Shown: positions 37,807 to 47,329, counted from the stretch's first letter. The stretch: 64,000 nucleotides of DNA from an uncultured Gammaproteobacteria bacterium (GCA_964367355.1 CAYIWY010000006.1:15968-79967), one strand, 5' to 3'. Made by a program: numbers and translations. Notes: generated by a model from the letters alone, not told the origin.

Positions 37807-37866
37807 GTCAACCGCTTCGCGTTTCGCAATTGAAGACAATAGTCAACCGCTTCGCGTTTCGCAATT
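37807..37866. repeat. Perfect 25-bp direct repeat (x2) overlapping a promoter
   Basis: GTCAACCGCTTCGCGTTTCGCAATT at 37807-37831 and 37842-37866. Confidence 0.85.
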
Positions 37867-37871
37867 TAAAA

Positions 37872-38639
37872 TCAAACATGTAGAACTTGAAGCGTAAGGA
37901 AAACTGTAATTATTCCAATCACAAAAAATATAGCTTGATGCCACTTCCTGTCTTTTAAGTAGACATGTTGCAACTCCGGAATAATATCTGAAGCAGCAAT
38001 ATAGATAAACATACCACCGGTGAAGGCAAGAATCAAACCTAAATAGGGCTCTATCAGATCTGCTACAAATAAAGTCACAATTGCTCCAAGCAGAGCTGCT
38101 AAACCAGACAAAATATTGAAAATAATTGCTTTTTTGGCTCCAATATCGCTTTTGAGTAAAATTGTAAAATCAGAAATTTCCTGAGGAATTTCGTGAGCAG
38201 CAACTGCGAGAGATGTGACTATTCCCAAAGGAATACTTACCAAGAAACTTGAGGCGATTACAAACCCATCAATAAAGTTGTGAAACCCATCTCCAAACAA
38301 AATTAAATTTACTACTGCCTTCCTTCGAGAGCCTTCAAGGTTTTGGGCATCGTTATGGGGATGAAAATTTATCAAAATCCTTTCTAAAAAGAAAAACATA
38401 ACCAGACCAAGCAAGGCTGCAATAAAAATGTTTGGGTTTGAATTTGATTCAGCTTGAGCCTCTGGCAAAAGATCGAGAAAAGCAGTGGCTAAAAGAACAC
38501 CAGCAGCGAAAGACAATAGATGAACACTATTTTCTCCTTCCCAAAGTTTTTTCCATAAAAGAATAAACCCCCCTGCTAGAGAAAGGATGCTTCCAAAAAA
38601 GGTAAAAATTAAAACATATAATACAATTTCAAGATTCAT
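37872..38639 (-). CDS. ZIP family metal transporter
   Basis: SFAAGVLL, GDGFHNFIDG, HEIPQEISD, YIAASD. Confidence 0.93.
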   Translation of the reverse strand: MNLEIVLYVLIFTFFGSILSLAGGFILLWKKLWEGENSVHLLSFAAGVLLATAFLDLLPEAQAESNSNPNIFIAALLGLVMFFFLERILINFHPHNDAQNLEGSRRKAVVNLILFGDGFHNFIDGFVIASSFLVSIPLGIVTSLAVAAHEIPQEISDFTILLKSDIGAKKAIIFNILSGLAALLGAIVTLFVADLIEPYLGLILAFTGGMFIYIAASDIIPELQHVYLKDRKWHQAIFFVIGIITVFLTLQVLHV

Positions 38640-38832
38640 AAATTCTGCTTTTTAGATTTAAAATAACTTTGGATTATCATCTAAGTCTGCTAGTTCTGTC
38701 AATAGTATAGCCGTTTTTTAATTCCAACGCCAAACAATTAGGATTAATAAACTTCGTTTAATTACGTTGAATAAAATGAGGGCCGCCTCTTAGATCATTC
38801 GATCCCAAGAAACGGCCCTCTTTACCTAAGTC

Positions 38833-39597
38833 TTAATTCCTGTATGGGACGTAGACAAAAGTAACGACTAACATTCCCCCCAAAGCAACTGCCAGAACCA
38901 AATCAAGGGCGATTTTGACTTTCGTGCCATTGCTGATGCCGTTGACTGTCTCTGGTCCGGTTCCGGTCTGCGGCAAAACGATTTTCGGTGTTGCAATCGG
39001 AACAACGTGAGTCGTCGTGATCGCAACCACCCGAGTCGAAGTAGCACTCGGCGGTACTGTTGTTGACGTTGCACTCGACGGAACCGACGTGCTTGTCGGT
39101 GTCGTCGGGGTACTGGTCACTGTCGGTGTTACCGGCGTTGACGTCTTCGTCGGCGTGTTTGTCACCGTTGCCGTAACAGTTGCCGTCGATGTAGAAGTTG
39201 GCGTTGGCGGCTTCGTGCAGGGCTTAAAGCTGTCACTTTTTTCTGGTGTTGCGGTTTGTTCAACTCGAATTGAATTGATACCTCCACGCGCGTTGGAAAT
39301 ATCCAACGGCCCGAAGGAAACCATGCCACCCTCTTTACCGGCAACAACTGTTATCTTCTGACGACTTCCAGGTATTTCTACCCAGAAACCTTCACTCGGG
39401 CGATGATCGGTGACATAAATGTCAAAGCTCCCTGCAACGGGAACCCCGATTTCACCGACCACACGACCGTTTTCATCGCATTCGGCGTGAATACTCCAAG
39501 CATAAGCTGGAGTAACTGAAATTGCACCCCAAACCGTGACCAAAGATAGGGCCAAGAGCGGGGTGACTAGGACAAGCCTAATCCATGACCTTTTCAC
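38833..39597 (-). CDS. Secreted Thr/Pro-rich protein with LPQTG motif and C-terminal TM
   Basis: Signal peptide ending AYA, mucin-like linker, LPQTG, hydrophobic tail. SD GAGGAGG. Promoter TTGACA-17-TATGCT (39682-39654). Confidence 0.82.
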   Translation of the reverse strand: MKRSWIRLVLVTPLLALSLVTVWGAISVTPAYAWSIHAECDENGRVVGEIGVPVAGSFDIYVTDHRPSEGFWVEIPGSRQKITVVAGKEGGMVSFGPLDISNARGGINSIRVEQTATPEKSDSFKPCTKPPTPTSTSTATVTATVTNTPTKTSTPVTPTVTSTPTTPTSTSVPSSATSTTVPPSATSTRVVAITTTHVVPIATPKIVLPQTGTGPETVNGISNGTKVKIALDLVLAVALGGMLVVTFVYVPYRN

Positions 39598-39791
39598 TTC
39601 TTTCCTCCTCTACTTTTTCGTTGCTAACCATTTTGGTTAACTAAGTGTGGAAAAGCATAGCAGGTTTGAAGCTATTTGTCAACTACTATAAGACTTTCTT
39701 GAGAGATTAATTAAGAAAGTCTTGCGCTTTGTTATGCAAAGCTAAAGTTCTTATTTATTTTATTTGTAATGGGTATGATAATATTTTAGAT

Positions 39792-40346
39792 GTGAACAGA
39801 AACAAAAACTTTAACTGGAATTCAATCAGAAACTTATTTTTACTAATAATTTTGGTAATTCTGCTAGTACCGTTGTTAATGATTGGTTATTTTGCCTACA
39901 ATTACCACAATCTTCCCGGAAAAAACAAAGCTCAACCAAACCCAACCAACAAACAACTGGCAAACGGCCAGACTTCTGGTTCACAAAATGAAAACCAAAG
40001 CTCAACCCCACCAACAGCGAAAATTATCCTTACTAATTCCGATCCAAACCAACCTGCATTAACCTCAGATTCTCCCGAGAATCAAACTCCTCCATCACCT
40101 CCGCCCAGTGATCCTAACCCACCACCAACACCGCCACCCCCACCCTCGCCACCCTGCCCTAAAGAATTTATTGGTACTGTAGTCTCCATTTCCGGAAATC
40201 AAGTCACTTTCAGCTACGGTGATTCACAAAGTGTAGCTATTCTGCTAACAAAAACTTCACCGGGTACTTTACCACCTGGTACCGTAGCTCATGTTCACGC
40301 AAAATTACAAAATAATGTTTGTGTAGAAGATGAGATAGAGCTTTAG
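39792..40346 (+). CDS. Membrane-anchored Pro-rich protein with C-terminal DUF5666-like domain
   Basis: TM, poly-Pro linker, EFIGTVVSISG...VHVHAK...EIEL. Start uncertain. Confidence 0.7.
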   Translation: MNRNKNFNWNSIRNLFLLIILVILLVPLLMIGYFAYNYHNLPGKNKAQPNPTNKQLANGQTSGSQNENQSSTPPTAKIILTNSDPNQPALTSDSPENQTPPSPPPSDPNPPPTPPPPPSPPCPKEFIGTVVSISGNQVTFSYGDSQSVAILLTKTSPGTLPPGTVAHVHAKLQNNVCVEDEIEL

Positions 40347-40351
40347 CAGAT

Positions 40352-41581
40352 TTAATTTATTACCGAAGAAAGATTGAAAGAGAGATCAGCTAAGTTAACC
40401 TTGAAAGAGGTTATTTTAGTTTTATCCTTTATTAGTTTAGTTATCGCATTTCTGTCAACTGGAAGGTTTATTAGACTCGCCCCAACAATTGTTTCTTCCC
40501 GAATTAAGAGCCGTCCAAGCTTTTTATCAGCTAGGCTGCCGCGTTCAATTAGTTCGGTGTTCTCATCAACCATCGGGTCCCCAAGGAAAGAAAAGTTGCT
40601 ATCAAATATATTTATTGAGTACATACTTGTTGTCTCGAAGACTTCTCTTTGCCCAACCATATTTAACCCTGCAGCTCGACCTTGGGAAGAAGCGTTGGCC
40701 CAATTACCTAAAGAATGGGTGCGCTTAAAAACTACATCGTAAAATTCCGCCACATCACCTGCTGCCCAAACACCGGGAGCAGTAGTTTCTAAATACTCAT
40801 TTGTTAAAACACCTTTATTTAAGTTTATTCCGGAATCTTTTAAATACTCAATATCCAAATGAATTCCAATCCCGACTCCGGCAATATCAGCTTTAATTAT
40901 TGAACCAGTATTCACTTTGATCCCTTCCAGTTTTGCCTCACCGACGAACTCGACTGCTTGAGTTTCAGTTAATATTTGCACTCCATTATCAATCAAAAGT
41001 TGTGACAAAAGTTTTCCGGAGTTCTCCCCGACAACTGGTTCCCAAAAAGATTTCTCGCGAATAATTGCTGTTGTTTTAAGGCCGTTTTTAATAAAACTCT
41101 GGGCAAACTCAATCCCAATAAAACCGCCGCCCAAGACAACGGCTTCCTTACTACGAGCCATTATTTCTTTAATTTTTTTTGCGTCTTCCAGGGTTCTCAT
41201 ATAAACAACTTCCGGGAAGTTGCCCCCAGGGGTTGGCAATTTATTTACTTTACCTCCGGTTGCGATTAGTAGTTTTTCGTAATTAAAAGTTTGGTTATCG
41301 CTAGTTGTCACCAGCTTACTTTGTACATCAACTTTAACAACTCTGAGGTTTGTCAAAAATTGGATATTTTTTTGTTGGTAATTTTCCGGTGTGCGAACAA
41401 ATAAACTTTCGAGGGTGTTCTCGTTTCTGAGAAAATGTGGGACAAGTACCCGAGAATAAAGCCGGTCAGCTTCTTCGGTAATAATTGTTATTGTTGCATT
41501 TTGGTTTTTAGAGCGGATTTCTTCAGCTGCAGTTGTGCCGGCTATTCCTCCACCAATGATTAGAAAATCAACTTTAGTCAT
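40352..41581 (-). CDS. NAD(P)/FAD-dependent oxidoreductase (ferredoxin/rubredoxin reductase-like)
   Basis: GGGIAG, ATG, GGGFIGIE, AAGDVA. Confidence 0.92.
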   Translation of the reverse strand: MTKVDFLIIGGGIAGTTAAEEIRSKNQNATITIITEEADRLYSRVLVPHFLRNENTLESLFVRTPENYQQKNIQFLTNLRVVKVDVQSKLVTTSDNQTFNYEKLLIATGGKVNKLPTPGGNFPEVVYMRTLEDAKKIKEIMARSKEAVVLGGGFIGIEFAQSFIKNGLKTTAIIREKSFWEPVVGENSGKLLSQLLIDNGVQILTETQAVEFVGEAKLEGIKVNTGSIIKADIAGVGIGIHLDIEYLKDSGINLNKGVLTNEYLETTAPGVWAAGDVAEFYDVVFKRTHSLGNWANASSQGRAAGLNMVGQREVFETTSMYSINIFDSNFSFLGDPMVDENTELIERGSLADKKLGRLLIREETIVGASLINLPVDRNAITKLIKDKTKITSFKVNLADLSFNLSSVIN

Positions 41582-41797
41582 TTATGGGTAAACTTGCTTT
41601 CCAGTCGGGTCGGTTAATATAATTGCTGCCACTGGACAGGTTTGAGCTGCTTCTTTGAGAGCATCGTCACTATCAACACCCTGGGCTATTACGACCGATT
41701 TACTCTCCGTATCCAATTGAAACGTTTTGGGAGCTAATCGAACACAATCACCAGATCCAATACAGAGATTACGATCAACTTTAGCAGTAAAGGGCAT
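41582..41797 (-). CDS. Ferredoxin (probable 3Fe-4S single-cluster type)
   Basis: CIGSGDC...CPVAAI. Confidence 0.9.
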   Translation of the reverse strand: MPFTAKVDRNLCIGSGDCVRLAPKTFQLDTESKSVVIAQGVDSDDALKEAAQTCPVAAIILTDPTGKQVYP

Positions 41798-41798
41798 G

Positions 41799-42701
41799 TT
41801 ATTTTTTCTCCTTAAAAAAATTATACCATTTTTTTGTTGGTTTTTCTGAAAGGGTGTTTGCCTGTGTACTGTTTACGGAAACCTTAGCGTCACTATCCTT
41901 GGAAATATCATCAACGATTTTCATTATGACCTCAGGTGATGGCTTGCTGGGAAAATCCAGTTTAATATCATAGCTTTTAGCGCTTGGGTCCAACTTTTCT
42001 TCTGGTTTTGACTTTAAACCAACTCGCTTACGGTAAACCTTAAACAACCGATAAACTATACCAAAAATTGCAAGGGCTAAGAAAGAAAAGTATAGCGTTC
42101 GAAACAACGGTTTCGTACTATCTCCACCCCCAAAAAAAGCGTGATAAACAATTAAAAACAGGGCCAAGTAGTTTATAATGTGCAACGGGCGCCACCATTT
42201 TTTACCAGTTACTCCAGGAACATGTGTAATTAAAGTATTAAAAGCAATTGTAATTAAAGCAATAAGTCCGGCAAATAATATGTTACTGGTTGCAGTCCAA
42301 GCTATGTTTGTCGGCAATAAACTGGCGATTTTAAAGTTAATTCCAAGACGGTTTTGATACAGTAGGTAGATAACAAAGTGTGAGATTGCCATACCGACAC
42401 CAACAGAAGAGGTCCATTTGGTATGGACTTCCCAAAATGAGGCGTTCTTGTAAAGAACGATTAGGAAACCTCGCAAGGCTCCGAGCACCATCGTAATACC
42501 GATCAAAACAAAAGCAAGAATTCCGGTTAACCTCAAGAAAAAAAGATAAATTGTTGCCTTGGTCAAAATTTCTGTCGCTTTTGTGGATCCGGAAATAAGT
42601 AAGAAAAAGGCATAAAACAAAGAGATAAGTGCAAAGATAACCAGAGTGAGAAAAAATGTTCCAATTGCAATGAGAGCAGCTTTTTTTATCATAGTTGACA
42701 A
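41799..42701 (-). CDS. Ferric reductase-like transmembrane (heme b) protein
   Basis: Multiple TMs with His at WEVH, ISH, WRPLH and VYH. Confidence 0.8.
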   Translation of the reverse strand: MSTMIKKAALIAIGTFFLTLVIFALISLFYAFFLLISGSTKATEILTKATIYLFFLRLTGILAFVLIGITMVLGALRGFLIVLYKNASFWEVHTKWTSSVGVGMAISHFVIYLLYQNRLGINFKIASLLPTNIAWTATSNILFAGLIALITIAFNTLITHVPGVTGKKWWRPLHIINYLALFLIVYHAFFGGGDSTKPLFRTLYFSFLALAIFGIVYRLFKVYRKRVGLKSKPEEKLDPSAKSYDIKLDFPSKPSPEVIMKIVDDISKDSDAKVSVNSTQANTLSEKPTKKWYNFFKEKK

Positions 42702-43345
42702 GTTGGGTCAGTTGGCGCTGGCAGTGTGTAAATATAAAGAGCAATTCTTTGCCAGCAACCTAGGCCTGCGTGTTTACTTAAATAAATATTTGTCATGTTT
42801 GTTGGGGCAGATAATGTCCCGCACTGAAAACTACTACTCTTGTGAGTATGTTTTTTCCCGGAGGTTTGATCGTTAACGGACACATTGACGGCAGATTGCA
42901 TATTGTAGAGATACCCATTTACGGTGATAAAACAGCCTGACGGTGCTGGAGGCGGGGTTGCTGGCGGTGGTGTAGCTGGTGGCGGACTGCTCGATGGTGG
43001 TGAACTTGCTGGTGGGTTTTGAGTGGTTCCGCTCGATGCGGGTGGGTTTGTAGTGGAACTATTGGCAGCATTATTTGCCGGAGGATTTTGGGTGTTTTCA
43101 GTCGTCGAGGAGTTTGGGGTAGTACTTGTAGCATTGGGGTTACTAGTGTTTGAATTAACCATAGTCAAGTTTCCGGTTTTGAAGGTTGTACTTCCAATAG
43201 AAACTTTATAAACACTGTCGGCAACATAGGTAAACGTAAGAGTGACTGTGATAGATAGACAGGTTAAAAATATTGCCTCAATTAACCAACCTTTAAGAAA
43301 AAATGCTTTTACTTTTTGAAAAAATGCTCTTATTTTAGTAATCAC
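42689..43345 (-). CDS. Membrane-anchored protein with divergent C-terminal cytochrome b5-like domain
   Basis: TM, S/T/P linker, CFITVNGYLYNM...H...CG...TNIY..KH resembling b5 CW..I.G.VYD..H...G.D.T..F...H. Confidence 0.6.
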   Translation of the reverse strand: MITKIRAFFQKVKAFFLKGWLIEAIFLTCLSITVTLTFTYVADSVYKVSIGSTTFKTGNLTMVNSNTSNPNATSTTPNSSTTENTQNPPANNAANSSTTNPPASSGTTQNPPASSPPSSSPPPATPPPATPPPAPSGCFITVNGYLYNMQSAVNVSVNDQTSGKKHTHKSSSFQCGTLSAPTNMTNIYLSKHAGLGCWQRIALYIYTLPAPTDPTCQL

Positions 43346-43839
43346 TACTTATCCTTTGGCAAAACTCCGAAAAAAAGTATTATCGTAAAGCTATCTGTTT
43401 TGTAAGGTGTTGGATAGTATTCGAGTTCCGCATATTGCTGACCCTTGTGATAATGTGCAACCCAAAATTTATCGCGGATTGGTTCTCCGACTAGTGTTTC
43501 CTGAGAAAAACCCTTTAATTTAAACTCTTTATCATAAAAGGCGAAGATCTCTCTAGAAATCGGGGTTGTACTAATCGCTATTGATTTTTGGCCAACCGCT
43601 AAAACCAAACGTTCTTTTTCTGTTTTCTCATCAAGTAGCACACTAACTTGTTCGTAGTTTGGTTTAGCCCAGTCTAACCCTGGAAACTGTTTTAAAGATA
43701 AGAGCGCTGCTTGTACTTGTTTCGCAGGTGGGTTTTGGGCCTCATACACTAAAAGCGGTAAAGTTCCCAGCAAGAAACTTAGGATTATTATCCCAATCAT
43801 CGTACCCTTCTTAAGATGCTTCGGTTTATACTTTCTCAT
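43345..43839 (-). CDS. Membrane-anchored hypothetical protein
   Basis: N-terminal TM, tightly packed in the operon. Confidence 0.7.
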   Translation of the reverse strand: MRKYKPKHLKKGTMIGIIILSFLLGTLPLLVYEAQNPPAKQVQAALLSLKQFPGLDWAKPNYEQVSVLLDEKTEKERLVLAVGQKSIAISTTPISREIFAFYDKEFKLKGFSQETLVGEPIRDKFWVAHYHKGQQYAELEYYPTPYKTDSFTIILFFGVLPKDK

Positions 43840-43844
43840 TAAAA

Positions 43845-44249
43845 TTAGTCCCCTAAAATACCCACAATTGGATACTTTTCTTTTATTATATCTCCCCCGA
43901 AGATTTTTAGCTGAGTTGTTGCATCCCTAGCTACAAGATAATGATAAGGTTTACCCTCCCCGTAGTACTGCTCTTTACCCGCAGTCACATCATAAACTAA
44001 ACAATCCAAACCAATATAAATGGTTGGGTCTTGCAATCCATTATGACTGAGTAGCTCTTCTTTAGAAATAGTTGGTAACTTAGCTAACATGGCTGAATTG
44101 GTGACCTCCTTGATAATCGCTTTGCACTCTGGCGGTGGTGAATAAAACCAGAAATAATAAATAACACCGGAAAAAACTATAAGAAACAAGATAATTATAC
44201 TGGTCGATCTGAATCTTGATTGTTTATTGAAAATTCTGACAGAAATCAT
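43845..44249 (-). CDS. Cytochrome b5-like heme/steroid-binding (MAPR-type) protein
   Basis: ISKEELLSHNG, IYIG...VYDVTAGK..YG.G.PY...ARDAT, KYPIVG. Confidence 0.88.
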   Translation of the reverse strand: MISVRIFNKQSRFRSTSIIILFLIVFSGVIYYFWFYSPPPECKAIIKEVTNSAMLAKLPTISKEELLSHNGLQDPTIYIGLDCLVYDVTAGKEQYYGEGKPYHYLVARDATTQLKIFGGDIIKEKYPIVGILGD

Positions 44250-44659
44250 TATTCTTCCGTCACCTCGAGGCTAGAAGGTGTAGTAAAAATTTCAAATGAA
44301 ACTCTTAGACTCAAAGCCAACAATATCACTAAATGAGCGAAAAACGATAGAACCAGAAAGTAGATCACACTGACCAAGTTCTCATCAATCCTCAATTTTG
44401 ATAAAAGATAGGCAAAAACCATTGTTGAAGCAACCCGCAGAAATAAAATTAACTTTTTTTCTCTGAGGAATTCTCGCCAAGGAGTTCTGTGAGAATAAAC
44501 AACAGCGAAATACACGTGAGTTAGGAAGAGAGCTACGAGATAAAGTTTCGTTAGGATAGCTGGCTTGTAGACCAGTATGGGGATGAGCAAAACTGAAGCT
44601 ATTACTAAAAGCAGAAGTTTTTTCCAAAATAATTCTTTATCAATTAACACCACTTTCAT
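44249..44659 (-). CDS. Small 4-TM membrane protein
   Basis: Hydrophobic 136 aa protein, first gene of the redox operon, with His residues in TMs. Confidence 0.7.
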   Translation of the reverse strand: MKVVLIDKELFWKKLLLLVIASVLLIPILVYKPAILTKLYLVALFLTHVYFAVVYSHRTPWREFLREKKLILFLRVASTMVFAYLLSKLRIDENLVSVIYFLVLSFFAHLVILLALSLRVSFEIFTTPSSLEVTEE

Positions 44660-44728
44660 ATGGGTATTTTAACTCCGTACACTAATTAGAGCAACCAAGG
44701 GCACTTGTTTTAGCATTAGTGAAACGAG

Positions 44729-45097
44729 TTAAAGCTGAGCCAGGGTTTTCTTTAAAACTTCAAGAGAAAGTAATGCACATTTTAAACGGGCGGGTCCGGG
44801 TTGAATTCCTATCAATCCCAACAAATCCTGTTTCTTAATGTTTTCGACAAACGAGAGTTTTTGTCCTTGTATTTTTTCCGCCAAGAAAGATGCTGAGACT
44901 TGGGAAATAGCACAACCATTTCCTGAATAGACTGCTTGTTCAATAACTCCATTTTTAACTGATAGTTGAAGTAATACTTCATCACCACAAAGTGGGTTTA
45001 CTAACCGGGCTTCCAAATCTGGTCGGTCAAGAACCCCTTGGTTAACTGGGTTGGATAAGCGTTCTAATAGAACTTCTCTGTATAATCTATCACTCAT
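44729..45097 (-). CDS. sufU: SufU/IscU-type Fe-S scaffold
   Basis: LYREVLLE, NPLCGD, GCAISQ, RLKCALL. Confidence 0.9.
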   Translation of the reverse strand: MSDRLYREVLLERLSNPVNQGVLDRPDLEARLVNPLCGDEVLLQLSVKNGVIEQAVYSGNGCAISQVSASFLAEKIQGQKLSFVENIKKQDLLGLIGIQPGPARLKCALLSLEVLKKTLAQL

Positions 45098-45104
45098 AGA
45101 TATC

Positions 45105-45257
45105 ACTTTCTCGCCGTTGCGAGCATGCGTTAAGAAGAAATTAAACAAAGCGACCTAGCTCAAATTACTTTGTTTGAGTCCGCTGCTCTTGCGGACGAGT
45201 TTAGTAATTTTGCTTGAGCGACTTTAATTTCTTTAGCAGCGCAAGCCAGGCGAAAGT
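45105..45257. repeat. Long imperfect palindrome (MITE/REP-like) between sufS and sufU
   Basis: Nested arms ACTTTC-TCGCC/GGCGA-AAGT, AGAAATTAAA/TTTAATTTCT, AAATTAC/GTAATTT, GTCCGC/GCGGAC. Confidence 0.7.
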
Positions 45258-45290
45258 TTTGGTGTTACCTTTCTGAAAAGGTAACAGAAA

Positions 45291-46553
45291 CTAATTAATC
45301 TTAAAAGTTTTCTTGGCTTTTTCTATTGCAGGTAAGAGTTTATCAATTTCTGCTTTAGTATTGTAGAGATGGAAACTTACTCTGGCAGCAGCATTTATTC
45401 CAAGAACCCCCATCAAAGGTTGGGCACAGTGATGGCCGCTACGAATGGCAATACCTTCCCCATCTAAAATGGAAGCCAAATCATGAGGGTGAATTACCAC
45501 CTCACCTTTTTTGTCAACAATATTAAAGGAGATAACTCCCGAGCGTCTTTCCAATTTTTCAGGCCCATAGATCTCAACCCCTGGGGTTGATTTCAATTGG
45601 TCGATGGCGTATTTCGTCAAATCTGCTTCGTGCTCGCGCACTCTTTTCATACCAACTTTAGCTAAGTAATCACAAGCAGAGGCAAGTCCAATTGCACCAG
45701 CCACATTTGGAGTTCCCGCCTCAAATTTCCAAGGAATATAGTTGTAAGAAGCTTTCGCAAAACTTACTTCCAGTATCATATCTCCTCCACCCAAAAACGG
45801 TGGCATTTCTTCAAGCAATTCTTTCTTGGCCCAAAGAACCCCAATGCCGGTCGGTCCCAGCATCTTGTGTCCAGTAAAAACATAAAAGTCACAACCTAAA
45901 GTCTGTACCGAAACCGGCAGATGCGGTACCGCCTGCGCGCCATCAATTAAAACTTTTATTTTTGGATTGTAGGTTTTAATTTGCTCGATTATTTCTTTCA
46001 CCGGGTTAATGGTTCCCAAAACATTGGAAACATGAGTTAAGGCAACTAGTTTAGTTTTGGCAGTTAAATACGTTTTTAGTTCGTTATTCTTGATTCGTAA
46101 TTCACCACGTTCATCAATCGGGATAAATTTAAGTTTTACACCAACTTCCTGAGCTAACATTTGCCACGGAACTAAATTAGAATGATGCTCCATTTCGGTC
46201 AAAAGAATCTCATCGCCGGATTTCAGATTTGCTCGACCCCAGCTGTAAGCAACTAGGTTAATTGCCTCGGTGGCGTTACGGGTAAAAACAATCTGGCGTT
46301 TATCACCACCGTTGATAAAATCCGCCACAGTCTTTCGTGCACTCTCATACATTTCCGTCGCCTCTTCGGAAAGTTTGTGCACTCCCCGATGGACATTGGC
46401 GTTGTGGTTTTCGTAGTAATCGGCAATCGCAGCAATTACCTGCTTTGGTTTTTGACTGGTAGCTGCATTGTCAAAATAAACCAAATCGTGGTTGTAAATT
46501 TTCCGTTTCAGAATTGGAAAATCACTACGAATTTTTTCAATGTTTTCTAGCAT
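45291..46553 (-). CDS. sufS: Cysteine desulfurase SufS
   Basis: YFDNAATSQKP, MEHHSN, DGAQ, GHKMLGPTG, FEAGT, RSGHHCAQP. Confidence 0.97.
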   Translation of the reverse strand: MLENIEKIRSDFPILKRKIYNHDLVYFDNAATSQKPKQVIAAIADYYENHNANVHRGVHKLSEEATEMYESARKTVADFINGGDKRQIVFTRNATEAINLVAYSWGRANLKSGDEILLTEMEHHSNLVPWQMLAQEVGVKLKFIPIDERGELRIKNNELKTYLTAKTKLVALTHVSNVLGTINPVKEIIEQIKTYNPKIKVLIDGAQAVPHLPVSVQTLGCDFYVFTGHKMLGPTGIGVLWAKKELLEEMPPFLGGGDMILEVSFAKASYNYIPWKFEAGTPNVAGAIGLASACDYLAKVGMKRVREHEADLTKYAIDQLKSTPGVEIYGPEKLERRSGVISFNIVDKKGEVVIHPHDLASILDGEGIAIRSGHHCAQPLMGVLGINAAARVSFHLYNTKAEIDKLLPAIEKAKKTFKIN

Positions 46554-46597
46554 AGTAGATGGGTATTTTAAACCTAAAGCAAAGGAAAGTAAAATTA

Positions 46598-47245
46598 TTA
46601 CTTATTTGGTTGATGTATTACTAAGTTGTTATTCCAAAAATTGATATCACTATTCCACGCCAAAGCAAAACTCCAATAGGGATCTGACGGAGTAAATTTC
46701 TTATCAACCGATGCGTCACCTTCAAATAACGGGCTTACCAAAGCAAATGTTTGACCATCAGATGCATAATTGTAGTTTGCTTCGGGTAAAGTGATGTCAT
46801 TGAATAGTGGGTCTGATGGTATTTTGAATCGATCTCCATTTGCAAGATAAATATTATCAGGTAAATTAGAATATACTTTTCCTGCAGAATCTCTATAATC
46901 GCAAGTATTTTGCATTCCTGGGTTAGCTACAAAAGAAGTATTGTTAGTCCCTCCTAAAAGGCATGTTAATTGATCTTGCGGACTCCGACCACCAGACTGG
47001 AAAAGTATTCCCGCTGGTACGTGGAATGTACTTGGATAAAAACCATGATCGGCATGAAAATCTTCTAATGCTGCGGCAATTTTGTTCAAGTCAGTTTGTC
47101 TCTGAGCATTTCTAGCATTCCTGTTGACTGTTGTATAAGAAACAGCACCGATTGTTATCAGAACAACTATGATCGCGACAACGATTAACAATTCAATTAA
47201 CGTGAATCCAACTTGGAATTTTTTTGATTTGAGCAGTTTTTTCAT
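46598..47245 (-). CDS. Type IV pilin / pseudopilin
   Basis: Prepilin cleavage site G-FTLIELLIVVAII. Confidence 0.9.
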   Translation of the reverse strand: MKKLLKSKKFQVGFTLIELLIVVAIIVVLITIGAVSYTTVNRNARNAQRQTDLNKIAAALEDFHADHGFYPSTFHVPAGILFQSGGRSPQDQLTCLLGGTNNTSFVANPGMQNTCDYRDSAGKVYSNLPDNIYLANGDRFKIPSDPLFNDITLPEANYNYASDGQTFALVSPLFEGDASVDKKFTPSDPYWSFALAWNSDINFWNNNLVIHQPNK

Positions 47246-47329
47246 CTACTTCTAATTGTAGTTATTTCCAAAACGATATGCAACAAAGCCATTAACAGTT
47301 TTAAACATATAAATATTTTTCTTTTAAAA

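Noticed and set aside
37807-37866. 25-bp direct repeat as a mini CRISPR array
   Set aside because: Only two units, a 10-bp spacer and no cas genes in the window.
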